DNA from: Bradymonadales bacterium | Lineage (GTDB): Bacteria; Myxococcota_A; Bradymonadia; JAFGEP01 | Assembly: GCA_016931535.1 (NCBI GenBank) | Contig: JAFGEP010000114.1 | Coordinates: 26,412-90,411, forward strand | Reading direction: 5' to 3' | Length of the DNA stretch: 64,000 nt | Position numbers and translations under genes: made by a program | Part shown: in pieces, positions 49,126 through 58,759 of the stretch | How positions within the stretch are numbered: position 1 is the stretch's first letter | How the letters are laid out: every line of letters begins with the position of its first letter | The notes under the pieces: model-generated | What the model was told of the DNA's origin: nothing | The model's database searches: none | The model's input: only the letters and a program-made list of their open reading frames with translations

Positions 49126-51057
49126 ATGATGCAGAAGAACCACAAAGATGAGTCAGCTTATTCTGCAGGCAATGAGCTAGAAAACTCGATCGCCTCTGCA
49201 ATGGGGTCTCCCGTGCAGCTTCGGCAGGACATGGTGGGGCTCACCCCGGGCGAGCAGAACGAGCGGCTGAAGCCGAGCCGTCCGGTGATGATGGTCCAGG
49301 CCTCGGGTGGAGCGGGAGAGGCGGACAGCCAGCAGATCAAGTCGGCGGCGGCCACGGGTCTCCAGCAGCCCTCCAGTCCAATGCCGCACCTGGAGGCGAT
49401 CCAGCAGAGCTTCGGTGGTCACGATATCGGCGGGGTGAAGGCGCATGTCGGCGGTCTGGCCGCTCAGGCCAGCACCTCGATGGGTGCCAGCGCCTACACG
49501 ACCGGCAACGACATCGGATTCAAGAGCGCGCCCGATCTGCACACGGCGGCTCACGAGGCGGCTCACGTGGTTCAGCAGAGAGCCGGCGTCAACCTGTCTG
49601 GTGGTGTCGGAAGGGTGGGTGACGCCTACGAGAAGCACGCGGACGCCGTGGCGGACCGGGTGGTCCAGGGCCGGTCCGCAGAGAGCCTGCTCAATACCCA
49701 TTCGGGGAGGTCAGCAAGCCAGAGCGGTGTCCAGCAAAGCTCGGTGCAGCGCGATCCGGATGACAAGGCTCCCCCCCAGCATTTCTTGAATGCCGATGGA
49801 AACATCATCTCCGACTGGGCGGCTGCGGTGTTTGCCACCGCCATTCGGTGGGAGCGGATCTGCAAGGCCCAGACCGACACCTGCAACACCTGGTACAACA
49901 TGGCCAAGGAAGAGGATCCTCCTCCGGCCTGGGTGGGCATTCTCAAGGCTGCGATCACCATTGGTGTCGGAGCCTTGACCGGAGGGATCGGGGCGGTTGT
50001 CGTGTCGGGGCTGGTCAACGCAACCACCAAGGTCGCCACCGAATTCATTATCAACGCTGCGGTGGAAGCGGGAAAGGGGATCGTGCAGAAGGCAGCGGAA
50101 GAAGGGGTCAACCTGGTCTCCCAGACCTGTGGGGGAGACGGGCTGTTGGCCTACGCTGCGGGTCAGCAGGAGACCATCAACAAGGTCGTCAACCAGGAGC
50201 AGCTCAAGACCTTGGCCACCATCAGCACCCTGGCCAAGCTCCCCGAAGACCAGAAATGGCAGGGGCTGAACGACCTGTACAAGGCGCTGGAGAAGAGCCG
50301 AGCAGATGCGGCCAAGCTGCAGATGGCGCAGTGCGTCGAGGGCTGGTTTTCCATGCTGGCCCAGAACAAGTATGGCAAGAATCTGACCATCGGCGGCGTC
50401 CGGGTGACCGACATTCCGGGGATTACCTATGGGGCGGCTTTGTTCATCGCCACGATCTACTCCAGTCAAGGCAGCCTCGATGGACTCTCCTCCTACTTCA
50501 CGGACATGCTGGACAAAGGGTTGGGGAAAAACTGGCGCAACATGGGGGTCGGCTATTCGGTCTCGACCGGCACCCTGGTTGATGAATGGGCGACCTCTTC
50601 GGTAGGGACGATCGGGTTTCATCTCAAAACCTCTTACGACCCCACCCAGAGTGTCACGGTCCAGTACTGCGAGATGGAGTCCAGCAAGGGCAACAACAAG
50701 GCGATCCGGACCTACTTTCTCAACAGCCCGAAGCCGGTCAAGGATTACAAGATGCCCAAGGTGGTGATCGCGGAGGAAATGTGGACCAGGCAGCATAGCT
50801 TTCTCGGCAACTTTTCTCTGGCCTGGGACGAGTCCAGCAAGGGGCTCAAGATAAATACGTATGGAGGCGGAGCGATCAAAGACGATTCGGATGACAACGC
50901 GGGCAGGTCCTGGATTGCCATGCATGGGAAGAACACCAAGTCCAAGATGTCCGCCTCGGAGGTTTCGGCCTATCTCTGGTCTGGAGTGGCACGGATCGAG
51001 AAGGACGTGCTGGGCAAATCCCTGAAGGGGTTGGGGGTCGGCTCCATCGACACCTAG
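49126..51057 (+). CDS. DUF4157 (zincin-like) domain protein with a roughly 430-aa unique C-terminal domain; effector/toxin-like
   Basis: [23 protein letters not shown]...[31 protein letters not shown] is the DUF4157 hallmark. The first roughly 25 codons are AT-rich. No signal peptide. Confidence 0.75.
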   Translation: MMQKNHKDESAYSAGNELENSIASAMGSPVQLRQDMVGLTPGEQNERLKPSRPVMMVQASGGAGEADSQQIKSAAATGLQQPSSPMPHLEAIQQSFGGHDIGGVKAHVGGLAAQASTSMGASAYTTGNDIGFKSAPDLHTAAHEAAHVVQQRAGVNLSGGVGRVGDAYEKHADAVADRVVQGRSAESLLNTHSGRSASQSGVQQSSVQRDPDDKAPPQHFLNADGNIISDWAAAVFATAIRWERICKAQTDTCNTWYNMAKEEDPPPAWVGILKAAITIGVGALTGGIGAVVVSGLVNATTKVATEFIINAAVEAGKGIVQKAAEEGVNLVSQTCGGDGLLAYAAGQQETINKVVNQEQLKTLATISTLAKLPEDQKWQGLNDLYKALEKSRADAAKLQMAQCVEGWFSMLAQNKYGKNLTIGGVRVTDIPGITYGAALFIATIYSSQGSLDGLSSYFTDMLDKGLGKNWRNMGVGYSVSTGTLVDEWATSSVGTIGFHLKTSYDPTQSVTVQYCEMESSKGNNKAIRTYFLNSPKPVKDYKMPKVVIAEEMWTRQHSFLGNFSLAWDESSKGLKINTYGGGAIKDDSDDNAGRSWIAMHGKNTKSKMSASEVSAYLWSGVARIEKDVLGKSLKGLGVGSIDT

Positions 51058-51098
51058 CGGTCTTTCGTGTATTCCCTTGACAGACGGAGGGTTACAAC

Positions 51099-51710
51099 AT
51101 GGGTGACCGTGCCCTTTGGGATACCTTGCTTCGTGAAGCCGAGAACCTGGATGCGGCCGGGGAACGGGTGCGGGCCATCGAGGTGGCCAGAGAGGCCATC
51201 GCGGCAGCGAAAGATGAGCTGCCTCCCACCGATCTCCGACTGGCTGAGGCCTATCATACGCTATCGAGCCTCCTGGTCGATCCCTCCGAGGTCGCGGACG
51301 CCCTGCAACAGGAGATCGAGATCCTGGCTGCCCAACGACCGGCGTCCGACCCCGCCATCGGTCGCATTCTCTCCGCCCTGAGTCGGGCGTTGTTAGCCGC
51401 TAAGCGCTTCGATGAGGCTGGTCCCGTCATGGAGCGCGCCATCGGGCGGATCAAGGCCACCGAAGGGCCGAACAGCGAGTCCTTGGGGCTGGAGCTCTTG
51501 GTGATGGGCGACTTTCTGCGGTACGGCGGACGGCTGGAGGACGCCGAGCTCCGCTATCGCCAGGCGCTATCGGTAACCGAACAGCTTCGGGGGGCTGATC
51601 ATCCGGATGTGGCCGACATCCTCGATCGACTGGTGGACATCTTGGCCGAACGCGGGCAAAGCGACGAGGCCCAACTCTTGTTGGATCGGATCCACCAGAT
51701 CCGCGGTTGA
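51099..51710 (+). CDS. Small TPR-repeat protein immediately downstream of DUF4157 gene 2; candidate immunity/chaperone
   Basis: Three to four TPR-like helical hairpins (AEAYHTLSSLL, ALSRALLAAKRFDEAGPVMERAI, LVMGDFLRYGGRLEDAELRYRQAL). 41 bp after the upstream stop. Confidence 0.6.
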   Translation: MGDRALWDTLLREAENLDAAGERVRAIEVAREAIAAAKDELPPTDLRLAEAYHTLSSLLVDPSEVADALQQEIEILAAQRPASDPAIGRILSALSRALLAAKRFDEAGPVMERAIGRIKATEGPNSESLGLELLVMGDFLRYGGRLEDAELRYRQALSVTEQLRGADHPDVADILDRLVDILAERGQSDEAQLLLDRIHQIRG

Positions 51711-51959
51711 CCCAACCGCCGTTTTTCGGTCCCTCTCCTTCATCGGTCCATACTAAGGAGTGCTCATGCTTCGCTGCCGGGCAGGTGTCGGAGCTTGTAG
51801 CACCGGGGTTTTCAATCGATCTGCCCCATGGCAGATCGGGCGAGGGCTCCAGCCGGTTCACATCGGGAACCGGTAGTCCGAGGGGTGCCAGGCGAATTCG
51901 AATCCATCCAGGGAACAAGTCGGAAACCGGCTCTCCGGCGCGTTGTAGCCCGATGCGAC

Positions 51960-54900
51960 TCAATCCAGGTAAGCGGACAGCAGATCGTGCCAGGGGGGAG
52001 AGGCACCGTCGGGATGCAGGTTGATTCTGCCTTTCAGCGTGCCGACCAACCGTCTATCGGACGGTTTGTGAGGGCTGCAGCGCCTCGCCGATTCTCGTGC
52101 CCTTTCCAAATGGTCGAGTGAGAGGGCGATGTGGCCTGTGGTGCAATGGCCGGCCACCAGGTAGAAAGGACTGTTAACCAGGTTTTCCGCCACGTTCAGG
52201 GCATCGGTCCATCGGCCGACGCCGAACTCGGAACGGCATGCAAGCCACCATCCTTGAGGCCAGGAGGGCTCCAAGGCGCAGATCTCTTCTGCGCAGGTCC
52301 GCACAAGCCCCCAGAGCCCCTCGCCTGCCAGGGCGGCGCCGGTCAAGAACAGCAGGACCGGATGGTGGCCGAAGGCTTTCATGGCTTCGTTACCCTGACG
52401 AATGGCCTCGCCGTACTGGTGAGAAGCCACCAGCGCCTTCAACGATTCCTCGGTGCCGGCTTGCGGATTCGCCTCCCGTGCCAGCATGTGGGCCGTCTCG
52501 ATCGCTCTGTCATACTGCCCCAGGCCACGGAAGGCTTGGCACAGTCGTCGGCGAAAGGGCAGGCTGCCAACTTCGGCCGGTAGGGCCGATCGCTCGACAA
52601 AGGCGACCAGCTCGGCCCAGGACTCGGCCTCGGCACAGGTGGTGAGATAGAGCTCGCGAGGTCGCAATCCCTCCATGGAGTGCAGCTGGTATTGCCGGGC
52701 CGCCTGGTGGGCTTTGAGGGGCTGACCCAGATCGAGCAGGGCCAGGACGCTGGCGATCTGCTCGGCGGGTTGCTCACCGGCCAGCTCGTTCAGCAGCGCT
52801 TCCAGTTGCCCGGCGGCCGCGTATGCTCCCCGTAGAGCCCAGCCCAGTATAGGGTCGGAGGGGGTCAGTTCGACCGCTTTTTCGACGGAGGCGATGGCGG
52901 TTCCGTGGTCTTTGGTCCGGCTGGCGGCGTCGGCGAGCAGCAGAAGGTCATCCACCTGGGGCTCGCCGGGTCCCAGACCCTCCTGGGCGAGTCGCAGGGC
53001 CTGGTCGTTCCGATCCTGGCGGATCAGCAGGTGGTAGAGTAGCTGGCGCCACCAGCGATCCCCAGGGAAAAGCCTCAGCATCTCCTGGGCGAGTCGTTCG
53101 ACGGGAGGGAGGGACAGCGCATCCGCCTTCAATGCGAGCTTTCTCAGGGGTTCTCGCAGGGCGAGGGGAGGTTCGTCGAGCGGGCGGATCATCTCTGCAA
53201 GGTCTGACAGCTGGGTTTCCGACAACACGTCGAGGGCGGTGAGCGCTTCGACCGCCTCTTCGAGGGAATCCGCGGCCTTGGCGGCCCGGAAGAGCAGGCG
53301 AGCCTGTGGGGGCGAGCTGGACAACCCAAAGGCTGTCCGGGCCGCCTCGATCGCCTCCTGTGGCCTGGCGGAGTGCAGCAAGGAGCGGGCCAAAGCGTTG
53401 GTGCAGGACACCGTCTCCGGATGGGCCTGTACCGCCGCCTTGGCGGCCTCCACGGCTTTTTGCACGTCGTTGCTGGCGAGGAGGGCCAAGGCGCGGATCG
53501 CAACCAGATCGGGGCGGGCTTGCAGTTCGGGTGGAAGATGGCCCAGGGCATCGAAAACGACCTCCGGTTTCCCGGTCATCACGCCAACCTGTGCCCGGGC
53601 CACCCAGGCTTGCGGCGAGGCGGCCGGCGTGGCGACCAGGGACTGGCTTCGTTGCAGTGCCAGTGCGGCTCGGCCAAACTCCAAGATGGCCATCCAGTGT
53701 GCCGTTGGAGGGGAGGCGATCTCCTCTGCGGTGAGGGACAACAGCTCTCGCGCCACCTGGAACCCTCCCAGCGAGAAGGTTCGAGCCGCCTCGGCCAGGG
53801 CGCTGTCGAGATCACCAAGCTCGAAGAGGGCACCGGTCAAGGCGGCTCCAGCCCGCGTGCCGATGTCTGCTCCTGCCTGCCGGACGATTTGGACGGCCTC
53901 GATGGCGAGGTGGAGCAAGGTGGCAGAAAGCATCGAGGCGTCCTGTGGTTGTAGACAAGCCAACAGAAAGCTGTCGATGGCGATCGACTCCAGGTCCTCT
54001 ATAATCGGTTCCTTCCAGTTACGGGCCAAGAGCCGGTCGATCCGCTCCTTCAGGAGGGTCACACCGAGGCTGGGCGACCGATCGATCAGCTCGAGGCAGT
54101 CGGCGTGGGAGAACGGTGGCGGCAGCAGGTGGAGCTTGCAGCGGGTGAGCTCCAGGAGGCATTCCGGACTGTTCGGGAAGGTGGCCACCGCCTCTTCTGC
54201 CACCGATAGCGCTTCGTCGTAACGCTGCTGGAGACGGAGCGTACGAACCAGGAGCTGGCGGGCTTCCCAGCGATCCGGCTCTTTCGCTGTGATCCCACGC
54301 AGGATCTCCTCGGCCGATGCGAGACGTTCGAGGTCGATCAATAGGCGGGCTCGAGTCAGTAGAACAGCGGTCGAGCGTCCTTTTTCCAGCAGCTCCAGTA
54401 TTTGTGCGGCTGCCGGGAGCTCGCCTCTGTCGAGCAACTGTGTCGCCAGCAAAACCGCCTGATCCACGGAGTCTTGCTGTGACAGGGCCACCGAGTAGAT
54501 GCTTCGCACCCCCATGGATCCGAGAGGGAGCACGTCACCGGTTGGTGGCTGTTTTGGCGGCAGCGGAGCACCTTGCAGCGCTTCGGCAACGGCCGCGGAG
54601 GAGGCGAAGCGGTCATCGGGATGCCTCTGCAGCAGTCGATCCACCACATCGACAAGTTTCTTGGGAGCCTGGGGACAAAAAGTGGCCAGCGACGGTGCCG
54701 GCTGTAGCACATGCTGACCGGAAGGGTGCGCCTCGGGAAATGGCAGGCGACCCGCCGCCAAACGAAACAGGATGACCCCCAGGGAGTACAGGTCGGCGCG
54801 CGGATCCACCAGGCGATCGACATGATTGGCCAGGGCGATGGTTTCCGGCGCTTTGAAATGGGAGGTGCCGATCGGCCCGATCGAGCGCTGTTCATGCAGG

Positions 54901-55406
54901 CTGGCCAGCTCCCAGTCGATGATGGCGGTCGACAGTTGCCCCTGGGAAGAGCGGTGCAGGATGATATTTCCAGGGGCAAGATCCCGATGGATGACTCCGC
55001 GCTCGTGTGCCTCGGCCAAGATCCGGCTCGCCAGGATGCCGATCTCGGACACCACGGCAAAGCGGTCGACCTCATCGACAGGGAAGAAAGTGGCGGAGAC
55101 CCCTTCCAGCCACTGCATGGCGACGTATGGCCTGCCCTCGTCGACCCCGTACTCCACCAGGCGGGGCGTGCCTTGGCCGTCCAGGCGTTCCAGGACTCTG
55201 GCCTCGTGAGCGCGCAGGCATCCCACGGCCCCAGCGCCCCAGAGAATCGGCGCCAGCTCTTCCAGCTTGATCTTTCCCAGGGCGCGGGACATGGGGGTCA
55301 GCTTCAGGGAGACCATCTGCCCCGAGGGCTCGTGAATCGCGCGGTAGACGTGGCACCCCGGTTTCAGGCGGACGGTTTCTTCGATCTGGAAGGAGGCGAT
55401 CTTCAT
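51960..55406 (-). CDS. Eukaryotic-like Ser/Thr protein kinase fused to a roughly 850-aa TPR-repeat region
   Basis: VSLK (VAIK-like), HRDLAPGNIIL (catalytic loop), DWELAS (DFG variant), GTSHFKAPE, DLYSLGVILFRL, then long TPR-like helical repeats. Confidence 0.85.
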   Translation of the reverse strand: MKIASFQIEETVRLKPGCHVYRAIHEPSGQMVSLKLTPMSRALGKIKLEELAPILWGAGAVGCLRAHEARVLERLDGQGTPRLVEYGVDEGRPYVAMQWLEGVSATFFPVDEVDRFAVVSEIGILASRILAEAHERGVIHRDLAPGNIILHRSSQGQLSTAIIDWELASLHEQRSIGPIGTSHFKAPETIALANHVDRLVDPRADLYSLGVILFRLAAGRLPFPEAHPSGQHVLQPAPSLATFCPQAPKKLVDVVDRLLQRHPDDRFASSAAVAEALQGAPLPPKQPPTGDVLPLGSMGVRSIYSVALSQQDSVDQAVLLATQLLDRGELPAAAQILELLEKGRSTAVLLTRARLLIDLERLASAEEILRGITAKEPDRWEARQLLVRTLRLQQRYDEALSVAEEAVATFPNSPECLLELTRCKLHLLPPPFSHADCLELIDRSPSLGVTLLKERIDRLLARNWKEPIIEDLESIAIDSFLLACLQPQDASMLSATLLHLAIEAVQIVRQAGADIGTRAGAALTGALFELGDLDSALAEAARTFSLGGFQVARELLSLTAEEIASPPTAHWMAILEFGRAALALQRSQSLVATPAASPQAWVARAQVGVMTGKPEVVFDALGHLPPELQARPDLVAIRALALLASNDVQKAVEAAKAAVQAHPETVSCTNALARSLLHSARPQEAIEAARTAFGLSSSPPQARLLFRAAKAADSLEEAVEALTALDVLSETQLSDLAEMIRPLDEPPLALREPLRKLALKADALSLPPVERLAQEMLRLFPGDRWWRQLLYHLLIRQDRNDQALRLAQEGLGPGEPQVDDLLLLADAASRTKDHGTAIASVEKAVELTPSDPILGWALRGAYAAAGQLEALLNELAGEQPAEQIASVLALLDLGQPLKAHQAARQYQLHSMEGLRPRELYLTTCAEAESWAELVAFVERSALPAEVGSLPFRRRLCQAFRGLGQYDRAIETAHMLAREANPQAGTEESLKALVASHQYGEAIRQGNEAMKAFGHHPVLLFLTGAALAGEGLWGLVRTCAEEICALEPSWPQGWWLACRSEFGVGRWTDALNVAENLVNSPFYLVAGHCTTGHIALSLDHLERARESARRCSPHKPSDRRLVGTLKGRINLHPDGASPPWHDLLSAYLD

Positions 55407-55720
55407 GAGTCCATTACAGGTCCTTGGCAAGCCCTCGTGCCTGGTGATCATCCACGAATCACCGGTCGAGTTCAAGGTCTACAAGGCAAGCGGGTTTTCA
55501 AGACCGTTCAACGTCGGAAGGGTTGAAGCTTTCGGTGTAGGGGCGGTTGGGGCGGCTGTCGCCTGTTGTCTCCGTAGGAAAAGACTGGAACAATGAGCAA
55601 GCCCGGTCAGGCGGAGCCCGACGAGCCCGCAAGGTCGCCTCGCCGGATCGGCCGGCTGATGGCCTGTGTCACCCTCAACCGGTTTTGGGGGTTACCCTGT
55701 CGAATGGAGTGATGCTGATG

Positions 55721-58540
55721 CAGTTCCGCCCGTTACTGGTGACCGCTCTGGTCATGGGGGTTATCTGGTTCGGTTGCCCGGACGAATCCGCCGAGGAAGC
55801 GGACGGCTTAAGGGGGGACCTCGACCTCGCTGAGCTGCAGCCGGAAGACGCCGAGATCGATCCGGCGGAAGAGGCGGGGCTGGACGGCGAGGATCCTCTC
55901 GATCTCCCGATCGACCAGGGGTCGGACGCTACCGACCTTGCACCGGAGGGAGGTGACCTGGCCGTGGATCTCTTCCCCTGGGACTGGGATCCCGATTCGG
56001 CGCCGGAGTGGCCGACCATCGAGCCGGGCACCCTGGAGGCGGGGGCCGCCTCGGGGACGCTGGACCTGCCGGTCGGCGTGCCGCTGGCCTGCTATACGGG
56101 TCGAGCGCGTTTCGGAGGGGGGCGGGTGGAGGATGGGCGATCCGCACCCTACGCGGTCAGCTTCATCCCCAGTACGGGGGTTCAGACGCGCATCCCGATG
56201 CATGTCGTCTGGTTGGAGGCGGCGGGGCAGCATGCGGTGCTGGTCAAGATCGACCTGGGGTACGCCTTCGACGGTCTGACGCGGGCACTGGAGGCCGCGG
56301 TGGCGGAGGAAACGGGGGTCGATGTCTCCCACCGGCTGTTTCTGACCACAAGCCACAGCCACTCCTCCTACGGCGACTTCAGTCAGGCCCACATGCTGTT
56401 TTTGGGCCATGACCGTTACAACCGGGAGATCCTGGAGCGGATCGCCGAGCAGGGGGGACGGCTGGCGGCAACCGCCTACCAGGCCATGGAACCGGCAGCC
56501 ATCGGGGTGGGGATCGACCCGGCGTACGACCCGGATCACCGGATCTTTCGCAGCCGACGAGGCGAGCATCATGGCCTGGTGGACGACTTCGGCGTGGTGG
56601 TCGGCCCCGGGTACAAGGACCCCAACCTCTACCTGCTCCGGATCGACGCCAGCCAGGGAACGGCCGATCCGGACGATGACGAGCCGCTGGCCATCCTGTT
56701 CGGGTTCGGCATCCACGGCACCATCATGAGCATCGACAACCCCCTGCTCTCCAGCGAATCCAGCGGTGCCATCGAGCTGAAGCTGGAGAATCTCTTCGAC
56801 CGGCCGGTCTCGGCGGTCCACCTGCAAACCAGCGTGGGCGACATGTCACCCGCCGGGGTCCAGGACCGGTTCGCCCGGATGGAGTCGGTAGGGGAGCTAG
56901 CCGCGCCCCGCATCCACGCGTTGTGGGAAGCGACCCGGACGAGCAGCGATCCGTTGCGGCTGGAGGCGCTGGTCCGGACCGTCCCGATGGGGCGGGACAT
57001 CCGGGTTTCTCGGAGCGGCGCGGTCGACCTCTACTACCTGCCGTATGATCCGGAGTACCGGCCCGACCTGGTGGTCTTCGGGGAGGACGGCCTGTCGCTC
57101 AACCCATACGACGAGTTCATCGCCCAGCATGGGGCGGCCATGTGCGGCGATCCGGAGCTGGTGATCCCGGTGGCCAACATGGGGGTCGATGTCAGGCCCT
57201 ACTCCTCCTGTGCGCTGATCGAGCGGGTCGTCTCCCTGTTTCCCATATTGTTCGAGACCGACCAGTATTACCCCATGGAGCATCCGCTGTGGGAGATCCG
57301 CTCCACCATGATCGGGGCGCTGGGGCTGACCTCGATCCCGGTGACGGTCCTGGGAGAGGATGCGCACAGCGAGCCGGTGGCGATCGGTTTTTTCCCTGGG
57401 GAGGTGTGTACCCTGCTGGGCCGTTCCTTCCAGGCGCGCATGGAGGAGGAGCTGGGCATCCACACTTCGATTGCCGTGGGGGTGTCGCTGGACCACGAGG
57501 GGTATCTTCTGACGGTGGAAGACTGGATGCGGGGTGGCTACGAGCCGGCGATCAACGCCTGGGGGCCGCTGCAGGGCGAGTACATCCTGGACCGCTTGCT
57601 GGAGCTGGCCGAGCTGCTGCAGACCGAGCAGGCGGAGCATCCGGCCTTCCCGGACTATCGGCACCAGGAGTACCCCGACTGGCCGCTGGAGCCGGTGGTG
57701 CCCGATGTCTCGACCGGTTGCGGCACCGTTCCCGAGGCGCTGCCGGCCTACCTCTGGACGCGGGACGACTGGCGGCCCGGGGGGGTGCAGCCCGCTCCGG
57801 CGGTTCGCCGGGTCTCGGACATCGCGCACTTTGTGTGGCTGGGGGGTGATCCGGCGGTCGACCTGCCGGTGGTCACCCTGCAGCGGGAGTCGGCTCCCGG
57901 CAGCGACGAGTTTGTCGATGTACTGCTGCCCAACGGGGAACCGCTGACCGACCGGGGTTACGACATGATCCTGAGCTATACCCCCGATCCGCTGATGGCG
58001 GGCGAGGAGGGGGCGAGCCGGCATCACTACTGGATGGTGGAGTGGCAAGCGGTGACCGACCGCCCCTCGCTGGACCACATGGCGGGCTTGGCCGAGGGTC
58101 GATACCGCCTGGTGGCCCGCGGGCTGTGCCCCGATCCCGAGGATGACGAGTACCCCTTCGATGGGCTGGGGTACCAGGTGGCCAGCGCACCTTTCGAGGT
58201 GACGGGGGAAGATGGGCTGGAGGTGTCCATCGCCAGCCAGGACGGCAACCTGTTGACGCTGGGTGTGTCCTATCGGGCCAGCTCCCGCGGCTTTCGCTTG
58301 CTGCACATGGCCAGCGATTTTCGGACGCCGACCCCCCTGGTGGGGGGCGAATCGGAGCCCACGGCGACCGTCGAGCTGCTGGCCGCCGACGGTCTGGGTG
58401 AACCGTTGCAGACCTGGCTTGATGTGCCGGCCGTCCGGAGCGGGGATGCCAGCCATCTCCAGGTCGACCTGGGAGAGGATGCTCCGGAGAGCTATCGCCT
58501 GAGGGTCACCGATGTGTTCGGGAACCGGGGGATGTACTGA
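55721..58540 (+). CDS. Large secreted lipoprotein, putative neutral/alkaline ceramidase-family hydrolase
   Basis: Lipobox VIWFGC. HRLFLTTSHSHSSYGD resembles the ceramidase xTHTHSGP zinc-site motif. The match is by eye only. Confidence 0.4.
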   Translation, partial: QFRPLLVTALVMGVIWFGCPDESAEEADGLRGDLDLAELQPEDAEIDPAEEAGLDGEDPLDLPIDQGSDATDLAPEGGDLAVDLFPWDWDPDSAPEWPTIEPGTLEAGAASGTLDLPVGVPLACYTGRARFGGGRVEDGRSAPYAVSFIPSTGVQTRIPMHVVWLEAAGQHAVLVKIDLGYAFDGLTRALEAAVAEETGVDVSHRLFLTTSHSHSSYGDFSQAHMLFLGHDRYNREILERIAEQGGRLAATAYQAMEPAAIGVGIDPAYDPDHRIFRSRRGEHHGLVDDFGVVVGPGYKDPNLYLLRIDASQGTADPDDDEPLAILFGFGIHGTIMSIDNPLLSSESSGAIELKLENLFDRPVSAVHLQTSVGDMSPAGVQDRFARMESVGELAAPRIHALWEATRTSSDPLRLEALVRTVPMGRDIRVSRSGAVDLYYLPYDPEYRPDLVVFGEDGLSLNPYDEFIAQHGAAMCGDPELVIPVANMGVDVRPYSSCALIERVVSLFPILFETDQYYPMEHPLWEIRSTMIGALGLTSIPVTVLGEDAHSEPVAIGFFPGEVCTLLGRSFQARMEEELGIHTSIAVGVSLDHEGYLLTVEDWMRGGYEPAINAWGPLQGEYILDRLLELAELLQTEQAEHPAFPDYRHQEYPDWPLEPVVPDVSTGCGTVPEALPAYLWTRDDWRPGGVQPAPAVRRVSDIAHFVWLGGDPAVDLPVVTLQRESAPGSDEFVDVLLPNGEPLTDRGYDMILSYTPDPLMAGEEGASRHHYWMVEWQAVTDRPSLDHMAGLAEGRYRLVARGLCPDPEDDEYPFDGLGYQVASAPFEVTGEDGLEVSIASQDGNLLTLGVSYRASSRGFRLLHMASDFRTPTPLVGGESEPTATVELLAADGLGEPLQTWLDVPAVRSGDASHLQVDLGEDAPESYRLRVTDVFGNRGMY

Positions 58541-58759
58541 CGGGCTTCAGGCCACTTCGAGTGCCTTGTACACCTGGCCGTGCTGCTGAAGCTAGGCGAC
58601 ATCCTCTTGCTCGGTTCTTAGGGCTTGAGCAGCTCTCCCATGGTCTTGTTCTCTTTCCAGGTAGGTGTTCCTTTCGGGTGGCTCATGTTCACTGTGCCTG
58701 GAGCGCCTATTGCACTGGGCCATCTTTTCCGGGAAGCCAGTATCTATTTGTGTGCCCGA

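Noticed and set aside
40548-51710. Presence of eCIS/T6SS structural genes (sheath, tube, baseplate, spike, PAAR) near the DUF4157 genes
   Set aside because: Every long ORF in the window was inspected by eye; none shows sheath, tube (Hcp-like), VgrG, gp25 or gp27 character. Their absence is noted rather than a system being called.
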